The position numbers and the translations under genes were made by a program. Positions 1-10,999 of a DNA stretch of 64,000 bases are shown here, piece after piece (positions within the stretch are counted from its first letter, which is position 1; each line of letters begins with the position of its first letter). Source of the DNA: Hypanus sabinus (lineage: Eukaryota); contig NC_082719.1 of assembly GCF_030144855.1 (NCBI RefSeq), positions 44,392,001 through 44,456,000 of the forward strand. The letters are read 5' to 3'. The notes beneath the pieces were generated by a model. That model ran no database searches. It saw only the letters and a list, made by a program, of their open reading frames with translations, and was not told the DNA's origin.

Positions 1-345
1 CTCAGCTTCTCATATTCTTTCTTAGTAATGTTACTGTTATTTGGAATTGCCACATCTGTTACTATTGCTTTCTTCTTTTCCTTGCCCAGTATTACTATAT
101 GTGGTACCTACTTTAAGTCCCACATGATCTTAGCTCTGTCATTCTCCACTATCTTCTCAGGTGCTTCCCATTTTGACTTGGGAATGGCCAACCCATACTC
201 TGCTCAGACATTCCTGTATATTATTCCGGCAACTTGGTTGTCCCATTCACCCATTCAGTGTATGCAGGCCCTGCCTGCATCTTGCACCCTGCTACTATGT
301 GCTGGATGACTTCAGCAGATTCCTTGCACGGTGTCTTGGGTCTTG
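1..345 (-). mobile_element. R4/Dong/Rex6-type non-LTR retrotransposon fragment (zinc knuckle + restriction-like endonuclease), degenerate
   Basis: Minus-strand translation across frameshifts and stops: CKESAEVIQHIVAGCKMQAG..NQVAGIIYRNV*AEYGL..WEAPEKIVENDRAKIMWD..PHIVILGKEKKKAIVTDVAIPNNSNITKKEYEKL, the CCHC + PD..D..KE pattern of REL-encoding LINEs. Confidence 0.8.
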
Positions 346-460
346 TCAGGTGTGACAGACCCCTGCTCCCACTGATCCATGCAGCCATGAGCAGTCCTTC
401 AGCCCTGCCATTTGCAGCCACTGGTAGGACTCTTATGTCAGCCTCCTGACAGCTTGCAAT

Positions 461-530
461 TGTGTGTGTGTGTGTGAGAGTGAGAGAGAGAAAGAGACAC
501 ACACACAATGAAAGAGACAGACACACACAT
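461..530. repeat. Compound (TG)n(AG)n(AC)n microsatellite
   Basis: Directly visible. Confidence 0.9.
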
Positions 531-533
531 ATA

Positions 534-719
534 CAGTTGTAGTGAAAAATTTGTGAACCCTTTGCAATTTCTTGATTTTCTACATTAGTTTATCATAAAA
601 TGATCTTCATCTAAGTCACAATAAAAGGCACACAGAAGCTGCCTAAACAATTAACACACAAACTATTGTACATGTCATTATTGAACACTTTGTTTAATTA
701 TGGTCCAGGCTGGGAAAAT
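534..719. mobile_element. Tc1 family A terminal inverted repeat fragment
   Basis: TA|CAGTTG start; aligns by eye to 20427-20630 (tttgtgaaccctttgcaa...tgatcttcatctaagtcacaataaaa...gtccaggctgg). Confidence 0.8.
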
Positions 720-799
720 GGATAATAAATTAGCCATGATGGAATGGCGGAGTAAGCTCGAGCCAGATGGCCTAATTTTGCTGTGCCTTATGGTATTTG

Positions 800-877
800 A
801 GGTAAAGGTATATTGACAATACTACTGGGGGAGAGTTCCAGGAATATGACCCAGCAGCAGTGAATGAATTACAATAT
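800..877 (-). mobile_element. Old CR1/L2-type LINE fragment split by the Gypsy element; continues at 11218-11330
   Basis: Flanks rejoined across the ATAT TSD read continuously; minus strand gives FTAAGSYSWNSP, resembling the C-terminal WNSLP motif of CR1/L2 ORF2. Confidence 0.55.
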
Positions 878-1091
878 TGTAGCGATGTGCTACACACAGC
901 GCTGAAATAACGACACGCAGTTGGTAAGTCATTTGGAGACTAGTTTATTCAAACTTCGCGGCGCTGGCATTTAATCACTAGCGCCCGCCCTGTCCGGGTG
1001 GAAATGATGTCAGAGGTGCATTACCAAAGCCTCCCCCCGCGCGCTGGCTATTTGTGAGCCGGTTCGCCTGCACAGACAGTGGGTCGCCACA
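878..1091 (-). repeat. Gypsy 3' LTR (214 bp)
   Basis: tgtagcgatg...gtcgccaca; 17 mismatches vs the other LTR by hand alignment; minus-strand AATAAA at 944-949. Confidence 0.95.
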
Positions 1092-1108
1092 TAACTCTGC
1101 CCCCCCCC
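1092..1108 (-). promoter_or_regulatory. Polypurine tract of the Gypsy element
   Basis: GGGGGGGGGCAGAGTTA immediately before the 3' LTR on the minus strand. Confidence 0.8.
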
Positions 1109-1109
1109 A

Positions 1110-4076
1110 GAACTGGCGATACACCTCCCAATGTCCACAGTCTCGATCAGCCTCTGTTTGGGAGGTCTGCCTCTGTGCCGCGGTGCCTGAACCTCGACCG
1201 GCTGCGCCAAGTCCACATGGGCTGGTTTGAGTCGGTCCACTATGAAAACCTCTTCTCTCCCCCCAATGTCCAGAACGTACGAGGACCCGTTATTGTCGAT
1301 CACCTTGAATGGCCCCTCATACAGCCGCTGTAGCGGTGCCCGGTGTCCGCCCCTTTGTACAAACACAAACTTACAGTTCTGCAGGTCTGTGGGTACATGG
1401 GTCGGGGTTTGTCCATGCTGTGAAGTTGGTAAGGGGGCCTGGTTGCCGAGCCTTTCGTGTAGCCTGTCTAGGACTGCTGCAGGTTCTTCCTCTTGCCCCC
1501 TTGGGGCTTGTACGAAATCTTCTGGGACGGCCAGGGGCGCGCCGTACACCAACTTGGTCGACGAGGCATGCAGATCCTCTTTGGGCACTGTACGAATTCC
1601 AAGCAGGACCCAGGGAAGCTCATCCACCCAGTTCGGTCCTCTCAGGCGGGCCATGAGAGCCGACTTCAAGTGACGGCGGAAGCGTTTCACCAGTCCGTTC
1701 GACTGCGGGTGGTAGGCAGTTGTGTGGTGTAGCTGTGTTCCCAACAGGCTGGAGGTGAACTGGGCGCCCCTGTCGGAGGTAATGTGGGCCGGTACCCCAA
1801 AACGTGCTACCCAGGTTGCGATTAGCGCTCGGGCACAGGAATCGGCAGATGTGTTGGTGAGCGGGACCGCCTCTGGCCACCTCGTGAACCGGTCTACCAT
1901 AGTTAGGGGGTACCATGCTCCTCGGGACACTGGTAGGGGGCCCACGATACCTCCGGTGGGTGGGTTCCAACTGCTGCGGCAGGGCTTTAGTGTGCCGCTG
2001 CACCTTGGCTGTTTGGCACTGCGCGCACGTTCTGGCCCATTCACTGACCTGCTTGTGAAGTCCGTGCCAAGCGAACTTGCTGGAGACCAGCCTGACAGTT
2101 GTCCTGATAGATGGGTGCGCCAAACCATGTATGGAGTCGAAAACTCGCTGCCTCCAGGCCGGGACGATGGGGCAAGGTTGGCCAGTAGCCACGTCGCACA
2201 GGAGGGTCCTATCACCTGGGCCTACGAGAAAGTTCTGTGGCTGCAAACCTGAGACTGTGGTCCTGTAGCTGGGCATCTCGTCGACTGCCTGCTGTGCTGC
2301 ATAGTCCACCCCCAGGGACAGGGCCTAGACAGCTGGTCTGGAGAGTGCGTCTGCCACGACGTTGTCCTTTCCCGAGACATGCTGGATGTCCGTCGTGTAC
2401 TCGGAGATGTAGGACAGATGTCGCTGCTGGCGAGCCGACCAGGGATCAGACACCTTTGTGAACGCGAAGGTCAACGGTTTGTAGTCCGTGAACGCGGTGA
2501 ACAGGCTGCCTTCTAAGAAGTACCTGAAACACCAGATTGCCAGATACAGCGCCAACAGCTCCCGGTCGAAAGCACTGACCTTGAGTTCGGGTGGTCGTAG
2601 GTGCTTGCTGAAGAACGCCAGGGGTTGCCAGCGCCCCTCGATGAGCTGTTCCAGCATCCCACCGACTGCTGTGTTGGATGTGTCCACTGTGAAGGCGGTC
2701 GGAACGTCCGTTCTGGGGTGCACCAGCATCGTGACATCGGCCAAGGCTTCCTTGGCTTTAACGAAAGCGGTTGCGGCCTCCTCATCCCAAGTAATGTCCT
2801 TGCTTTTACCCGACATCAGGGTGTACAAAGGGCGCATGATACGGGCTGCTGAGGGGAGGAAACGGTGGTAGAAGTTCACCACACCAATGAACTCTTGCAG
2901 CCTTTGACCGTGTCGGGCTGGGCAAAGTGGCAGATCGCGTCTACCTTGGCGGGCAGAGGTGTTGCCCCGCCTTTGGTAATCCTGTGGCCCAGAAGTCAGT
3001 GGTATCGAGACCAAACAGGCATTTGGTCGGGTTGATTGTGAGGCCGAAATCACTCAGAGCTGGCGGAGGTGGGACAGATGCTCCTGACGACAACTGCTGG
3101 CTATAAGTGTGTCGTCCAAATAGATGAATGCAAAGTCCAGGTCGCGTCCCACCGAATCCATTAGCTGGTGGAACTTCTGTGCGGCATTCTTCCGGCCGAA
3201 CAGCATTCGGAGGAACTCGAAAAGGCCGAACGGGGTGATGAGTGCCGTTTTGGGGATGTCTTCAGGGTGCACCGGGATTTGATGGTATCCCCAAACAAGG
3301 TCTACTTTGGAAAATATTCTTGCCCCGTACAGGTTTGCTGCAAAGTCCTGTATGTGCGGCACGGGGTAGTAGCCTCGTTCAGTCTGCAGTAGTTGCCACA
3401 TGGTCTCCAACCCCCGGCTGCTTTGGGCACTATGTGCATGGGGAAGGCCCATGAGCTGTCGGACCTCTGTACGATCCCCAATTCCTCCATCCTCTTGAAC
3501 TCCTCCTTCGCCAGGTGGAGCTTTTCTGTGGGGGAGCCTTCGTGCGCGGGCGTGGAGGGGTGGTCCCTGGGTCAGAATGTGGTGCTGTACCCCGTGTCGG
3601 GGCATGGCTGCCGTGAACTGCGGTGCCAGAATTGATGGAAAGTCCGCCAGGATTCTGGTGAATTTGTTGTCCGACAGTGTAATGGAGTCAAAGTGTGGGG
3701 CCGGCAACTTGGCTTCACCCAGGGAGAACGTCTGGAAAGTCTCGGTATGTACCAGTCTTATCCCTTGCAAGTCGAGCAGCAGGCTGTGAGCTCGCAAGAA
3801 GTCCGCCCCCAGGAGTGGTTGAGCCACCGCGGCCAGTGTGAAGTCCCGCGTGAACCGGCTGGCGCCGAACAGCAGCTGCACTGTGCGGGTGCCATAGGTC
3901 CGTATCGGTCTGCCGTTTGCGGCCCTCAGGGTGGGTCCTGGCTTCCTGTTGTGGGTGTTGTACCCCGTCGGGGGTAAGACGCTGATCTCTGCTCTGGTAT
4001 CGACCAAGAAGCGACGTCCCGACTGTTTGTCCCAGATGTACAAGAGGCTGTCCTGGTGGCCAGCCGCCATAGTCAT
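1110..4076 (-). pseudogene. Gypsy pol (protease, RT, RNase H, integrase), frameshifted
   Basis: ORFs 3054..4076, 3302..3490, 2325..3053, 1620..2309 and 1010..2215 carry consecutive domains in different frames; protease DTG is mutated to DTR. Confidence 0.9.
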
Positions 4077-4763
4077 TAGCGGCAGCTGGCCCTGTCCCTT
4101 GCAGGGCGGGTGATAACGGCGGGCTTTTGTGCCCCACCGCTGGTGGTAGAAACACTACTGTTCACTGGCCTCCTCACGCCTGCCTCTGTGTTGTGTGTGC
4201 CCCCCGCCGGACCTGGTCTGGTCCGCTGTTAGGCACGTGGCCTGGTAATCTGACCGACGGACGCCACGGTCTCCCTCTTGGTTTTCCACAGCATGTTTGC
4301 CCGGGGCGCCACCTTCCGGAGGTCGCTGAAATCTGCGTCAGCCAGCAGCAGATGTATGTCCTCGGGCAGCTGCTCCAGGAACACTTGCTCGAACATGTGG
4401 CAGGGCTTGTGTCCGTCAGTCAGGGACAGCATCTCGTTCATCAATGCTGACGGTAGTCTGTCTCCCAAACCGTCCAGGTGAAGCAGGCGGCACCTCGCTC
4501 ACGTCGTGAGAGGTCAAAGGTCCCAATGAGCAGCGCTTTGAATGCTTCATATTTGCCTTCCTCCAGGGGCGACAGTATGAAATCTGCGGGGGGGGTGGAG
4601 TTTCAAGATGGCGACGTAAGCATCTGCCTTTTAGGCGCTCTTTATTTTTTTAACTATAATCACCCTTTGATTAGATCTTTTCGAACTTAATCATATGAGT
4701 TGCTACCTTTGATTGACCCTTTTTTCCTAAAATAATAGTTGATCTAATCTTGTCAAACCTAAA

Positions 4764-5669
4764 ATGGCTACAAGTAAGAAATCGGCTAAGGATCCTGTAT
4801 CCATCGACGCAATTTCTGGTCTTTTGGACATTAAACTGGATGTTAAATTTGCGGGTATGGAAGGTAAATTGGACAATAAACTGGATGCTAAATTTGCGGG
4901 TCTGGAAGGCAGACTAGAAGGTAAATTGGACAGTAAACTGTTAAGTTTGGAAAGGAGGATTACTACGAAAATATCCGATTTTGAAGGAGTTGTTAAATTG
5001 CTTGAAACTAAGTTTCAGTCGCAGGCGTTAGTGGTTCAGCAGCTTGGAAATAAGATCACGACTCTTGAACAATCAATTTGTGAAAAAGCACGTACAATTG
5101 AAGTGTTAGAGAAGAAGATAGAGTCGACTGCTAAAACTTTAGATCAGTATAAGTTTAAAATTACTGATCTTGAAAATCGTTCTCGCAGACAGAATTTGCG
5201 CATCATCGGAATTCCCGAAAAAGTTGAGTCCGGTGATTTAACTGAATTTTTCTCTAAATTACTGTGGGAAATTTTCGGTGGTGAAGGTTTGAAAAATGAA
5301 CCTGTTATCGACCGCGCTCACAGAGTTGCGAGGCTTTCGTCTGTGTCTGATAAACCACGAGCGGTGATTGTTCGCCTTCATTATCCTCGTGAGAAAGAGC
5401 TTCTAATTCGGTTAGCTCGTAAAAAAGGTATGATCTCCTTCAAAAATTACTCATTTCGAATTGTTGAGGACTATTCGTATGAAGTAATGAAAGCCAGGAT
5501 CGCTTTTAAACCAGTGATGGCAGAGATTCATTCAATTGGATTTAAACAAGCTTTAATGTATCCAGCGAAGCTTAGAATGGTGCTGCCCGACAACAGTCTA
5601 CACTTTTTTAACACTCCTGAAGAAGCGAAGAAATTTGTTGAAGAATATCGATCCTCTAGTGCAACTTGA
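4764..5669 (+). CDS. L1 ORF1p (coiled coil + RRM + CTD), intact, 301 aa
   Basis: DLENRSRRQNLRIIGIPE, IDRAHR, PRAVIVRL, YPAKLR motifs; heptad-rich N-terminal half. Confidence 0.93.
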   Translation: MATSKKSAKDPVSIDAISGLLDIKLDVKFAGMEGKLDNKLDAKFAGLEGRLEGKLDSKLLSLERRITTKISDFEGVVKLLETKFQSQALVVQQLGNKITTLEQSICEKARTIEVLEKKIESTAKTLDQYKFKITDLENRSRRQNLRIIGIPEKVESGDLTEFFSKLLWEIFGGEGLKNEPVIDRAHRVARLSSVSDKPRAVIVRLHYPREKELLIRLARKKGMISFKNYSFRIVEDYSYEVMKARIAFKPVMAEIHSIGFKQALMYPAKLRMVLPDNSLHFFNTPEEAKKFVEEYRSSSAT

Positions 5670-6591
5670 ACTATGAGTTACATTGAAGATTTTTTTTTTT
5701 GGAGAGAGGATGCCATTTCATTTTAAGTTTTAACCCTGGAAGTTGGGTTATAACTTTTTATTTTGAACTACGGGTCTGGGTCTTTTTTTTTACTACTATT
5801 ATTGTTGCTTATAGATGCTGTTTTAATTTTTATAATATCCTTCTTTATACACGTTTGTATTTTGTAATAATGAATTATTTTTTCAAAATGTCGTTTCTTC
5901 TTCCCATAAGTCTTTACTTTTTATAAGCGTTTATTTGCTTGCCTGTATTTAGAAATGGAACAAAGGTTTTGAATTCTTTTTTTTACTAAATTTTCTTATT
6001 AGATTGCTGAATTTATATTCATATTTTGTAATATGGCTTTCTCAAAATGTCGTTTCTTCTTCCCATAAGTCTTGGCTTGTGAAACGTCATCTTTGTATCT
6101 GAATATGGAATTTCTTTTTTAAAGGTGTATCACATTTTTAAACTTTAATGTTCATTTTTTTTATTATTAATGATTTTTCTGGTTTTACTATTTTAGTTTT
6201 TTTTTGACTTGTCTGATATGTGTGTGTATGTGTATGTATATATATATATGTAGGTATATATATATATATATTTTTTTTTGCAACTCTATATTTTAATTAG
6301 GGTGTTATATAGTTTTTTCTTAAAAAATTTTCTTATGGAGCTGCCATCTTGAAATGGGGGTAATATTAGTATTAGTTTATGCGCCTGCCGCTTGGCTTTC
6401 TTTCAAAGGGTGGGGGGAGGGGGGAGGGATCTTTTTTCATGCTTTTGCTTTTAGTTTATGGGCTGACTTTAAATTGTTAATATTGTTGAGGTGTCAGGAT
6501 CTCCGGTTGCTCCTGAATCAATTTTCCTTCTTCCTAAATTGTGGGTTATGTGTCTTTTTAACCTTTTATGATACACACAATTAATATTGGT

Positions 6592-9500
6592 ATGATGGAT
6601 AAATCTATTAACTTTATCTCGTGGAATACTAATGGTTTAAATCATCCGATTAAACGTAAAAAAATATTTAAAGTATTCCATAGATTGAACGCTAATATTA
6701 TTTTTGCACAGGAGACCCATATTAGGAGGGAGGATAATCAACGTTTTTTTAGGTTCTGGAAAGGTCAACAATTTCACTCAAATTGTACCGCTAAAATTAG
6801 GGGTGTGTCTATTTTTATAGACGCCTCAATTTCATTTACACATTATGAAATTATTTCTGATCCACAGGGTAGATTTTTGTTGATAACTGGTTCACTTTTT
6901 AATCGGAAAGTTGTTTTAGTTAATATTTATGCTCCAAACTTTGATTGTCCTGAATTTTTTAAACGTTTATTTACTTCTCTTCCTAATTTGAATGAATATA
7001 TGTTGATTATGGGTGGAGACTTTAATTGTTGTTTGAATCCTTCGATGGATAGATCTAAACCTATTCGAACTCTTCCGAATAGATCAGCTTTACTTATTAA
7101 TTCTTTTATGGTTGATTCTGGAATTACTGAAATATGGCGGTTTTTGAACCCTAAAGATAAAGAATTTTCATTTTTTTCACATGTATATCATAGTTATTCT
7201 AGAATTGATTATTTCCTTATTGATCATCGTTTATTAACAGATGTTATTGATTGTAAATACGATTCTATTGCTATTTCGGATCATGCGCCTTTGAAGTTAT
7301 CTATTAAGATTCCGGACTCTTCTATCAATACTAGATCTTGGAGACTTAATGCTACTTTGCTTCAAGATCCAGAATTTATTACCTTCATAAAACAACAAAT
7401 TGACTTATTTTTTTCAACAAACTATAATGAAGAGATTGACAAAGGAATACTTTGGGACTCTTTCAAGGCTTTTATTCGTGGACAAATTATTTCATATTCC
7501 GCTGGTAAAAGAAAACAAAGATATTCAGATATAGCTTTATTGGTGGATAAAATTAAAGAAATTGATAAGATTTATTCCGTTACTCCTACCAAAGAACTTT
7601 ATAAGAAGAGAGTTGAGCTTCAAATGGAACATAGTTTATTATTATCTTCCTCAATTGAGAATCAATTAATTAAGACTAGGGCTCAATTTTATATTCATAG
7701 CGATCGAACTGGTAAATTGTTAGCTAATCAATTAAAAGCTATTTCGACTAAGCGACAAATTATTAAAATTCGTAAACAAGACGGTAATTTAACTACTGAT
7801 TATAAAGAAATCAATAACACTTTTCAAGATTTTTATAAATCTTTATATCAATCAGAATTTGACGGTGACCGGTTTACGATGGATAATTTTTTTAATAACT
7901 TGAATATTCCTAAACTGATAGATGAAGATTGTAGCTTGCTTGATGCTCCTATTTCTATGGATGAAATAAGAGAGGCTATCTCATCAATGAATTCAGGGAA
8001 AGCTCCTGGTCCTGATGGTTTTATTGTAGAATTTTTTAAAACTTTTTCTTTATTGCTTTCTCCTTGGCTATGTGAAATCTTTAATGATGCGTTTGTTAAG
8101 AAGAGATTACCTCAATCGTTTTATGAAGCTACTATCTAATTCTTAAAAAAGATAAAGATCCTACTTTATGTGCATCTTATCGCCCTATATCATTATTAAA
8201 TGTAGACTCTAAGATTCTTACAAAAATTTTAGCCATTAGATTAGAAAAGGTATTACCACAGATTATTTCAGAAGATCAAACTGGTTTTATTAGGAATCGG
8301 TATTCCTTTTTTAATATTAGAAAATTGATTAACATAATTTATACTTCATCACCTACAACCCCAGAATGTGTTATCTCATTAGATGCTGAAAAAGCCTTTG
8401 ATAGAGTTGAATGGACATATTTATTTAATGCATTGAGAAACTTTAATTTTAGTCCTAATTTTATATCATGGATTAAATTAATATATTATAAACCTGTTGC
8501 TTCTGTTCTTACAAATAATTATAGATCCTCTTTTTTTCAATTATCTCGTGGTATGAGACAAGGTTGTCCTTTAAGTCCTTTATTATTTAATATTGCATTA
8601 GAACCTTTAGCTATTGCTATTCGTGAGTCTCCTAATATTTTTGGTATTACCCGTAATGAGAAGTTATACAAATTATCGCTTTATGCTGATGATTTGTTGT
8701 TATATATTTCTAATCCTAGTAGGGCTATTCCTGCTATTTTATCCTTGTTGGCTCAATTTGGTAGCTTTTCTGGTTATAAGTTAAACTTAGATAAGAGTGA
8801 GTTATTCCCTTTAAACGCGCAAACTTTGAGTGATAGGATGCCATTTAAAGTTGTTACTGATAACTTTATCTATTTAGGTATAAAAATCACCAAGAAATAT
8901 AAAGATTTATTTGGACTGAATTTTTTACCTATGCTTCATCAAATTCAGCAACTTACTACAAGATGGTCTCCCTTATTTTTATCATTAGTTGGTCGGATTA
9001 ATGCTATTAAAATGATGATTTTACCGAAATTTTTATATTTATTCCAAGCTTTACCAATTTTTATTCCTAAATCTTTTTTTGATAATATTGATTCAAAAAT
9101 TTCCTCATTTGTGTGGCAAAATAAAAATCCTAGGTTAAGCAAAAGGCAATTACAAAAGTCTAAAAAAGATGGTGGTCTAGCTTTACCTAACTTTAGATTT
9201 TATTATTGGGCGAATAATATTCGTAACCTAATGTACTGGAAACTAGATTTGGATTCACCTGTGTGCCCACAGTGGGTAAATTTGGAATGTAGTGAGGTTA
9301 AGGGATATTCTATATTTTCCATTCTTGGTTCTTTTCTTCCTATTGATTTAGCCAAATTCAATAAACAGATATCTAACCCTGTTGTTAAACATACACTACG
9401 AATTTGGTTTCAATTTCGCAAATTTTTTAATCTGAAAAACTTTGCTCTGGACAGCCCTATTTTATGTAATTTTTTTTTTAAACCTTCATTGACAGATCAA

Positions 9501-10370
9501 GCTTTTAGTATATGGAAAAGGAAAGGTATAAAATGTTTTCGTGATCTTTTTTTTGAAGGTACTTTGATGTCTTTTGATCAACTATCCAACAAATTTGAAT
9601 TACCTAAATCTAATTTTTTTAGATACTTACAAATTAGAAATTTCTTACATAAAATTCTTCCATCTTTTCCTAATTCAACTCCATCGGATTTTTCAGATTT
9701 GATTTTTACTTTTAATCCTTGTCAGAAGGGATTAGTAGCTTTTATTTATAACATGATTATGAAGATACAGCCAGAAATATCGGATAGAATTAGACAAGAA
9801 TGGGAAAAAGAACTTCGATGTAATATATCAACAGATAAATGGGAAAAAATTTTACAAATGGTTAATTCCTCCTCTATTTGTGCTAAACATGCTTTAATAC
9901 AATTTAAAATTGTACATAGAGCTTATATGTCTAAAGATAAGCTTGCCCGATTTTATTCGCATATTAATCCTCAATGTGACAGATGTCACTTAGAAGTGGC
10001 TTCATTGACTCACATGTTTTGGACATGTCCCACTTTACATAACTATTGGAAGGACATTTTTGATGTCATTTCCTCAGTATGGAATATCGATTTACAACCC
10101 CATTTTATTACTGCAATTTTCGGTATACCAAATGAAGATGGCAATCAGCTTTCCCCTTCAATCAGACGAATGATTGCCTTTGTAACATTAATGGCCAGAA
10201 GGTCTATATTACAAAACTGGAAAGAAGTAAATCCTCCTACTATATTTCAGTGGTTCTCCCAAACTATTTCTTATTTGAGTTTGGAAAAAATCAGAAGCAC
10301 TATCTTTGATTCTTCAATTAAATTTGAAGAAACCTGGGGACCATTTATTCGACACTTTCATATGAATTAA
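6592..10370 (+). pseudogene. L1 ORF2p (APE endonuclease, RT, CCHC) with one frameshift at about 8137
   Basis: SWNTNGLN, QETH, YAPN, GGDFN, SRIDYF, SDH; QGCPLSP, LYADD; CDRC..HMFWTC. After ATI (8136) the second frame continues ILKKDKDPTLCASYRPISLLN with no stop into ORF 8325..10370. Confidence 0.92.
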
Positions 10371-10984
10371 TTTGGCCTATTTCAGATCCTTTTCTCTACT
10401 TATCCTTGTTCAGGTATGGAGTTCCGGAGTTCTTTTCTTGACACCTTCATATATTTATAAAGTACTATTATTGCCCATGTTAGTTATAGTTTAGTATTTT
10501 TTTTAATATACATTTTTTCTCATATATAATCTCAATTTTTTTTCTTTTTTTGATGATTATTTTTGTTTTTTTTTCATATATATTTATATAGACTTGATGG
10601 ATTTATGTACCTTTTGTTGATGGATGTTTTAATAGGATATTATTATCCTATTACTAATGTAATCTCAAGTTTATTGAATCTGTAATCTATTCATTATTAT
10701 GTGTTGTTTTTTTTATATATGAAATTTAATAAAAAGATTGGAAAAAAAAAAGAAAAGAAAAGAAAAGAAAAGAAATCTGCAACCCGGGCGGCCGTCTCCT
10801 GGTCAAGGGCGCTCACCACTTGGTAGTAACGCATGGAATCAGAGGATATCTGCCGAATCTGGAACTGGGCTTCTGCTTGGCTAAACCACACGCGTGGTCG
10901 CAGCGTCCAGAAAGTCGGCAGTTTTAGCGAAACTGCGTGAACAGATGAAGAGTCGGTCATCTTTGGTCCAAATCCCGTTTGGAC

Positions 10985-10998
10985 CGTCAGGGTCACCA
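10985..10998 (-). promoter_or_regulatory. Primer binding site, tRNA-Trp type
   Basis: TGGTGACCCTGACG, 1 nt inside the 5' LTR; 13/14 match to the tRNA-Trp PBS TGGTGACCCCGACG(TGAT). Confidence 0.85.
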
Positions 10999-10999
10999 A

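Larger units (their letters stand above)
4588..10771 (+). mobile_element. Full-length LINE-1 (about 6.18 kb) inserted in Gypsy gag
   Basis: TSD GAAATCTGC at 4579-4587 and 10772-10780; 5' G8 run + CAAGATGGCG; ORF1, spacer, ORF2; AATAAA at 10728-10733; A-rich/(GAAAA)n tail. Confidence 0.96.

Noticed and set aside
1079-4690. Many overlapping plus-strand ORFs across the Gypsy interior
   Set aside because: Shadow ORFs of a GC-rich minus-strand pol/gag; no recognisable domains.
10697-10999. 100-aa ORF ending FFSFLFFSFFF (membrane-anchor-like)
   Set aside because: Gag N-terminus reading into the antisense L1 (GAAAA)n tail; an insertion artefact.
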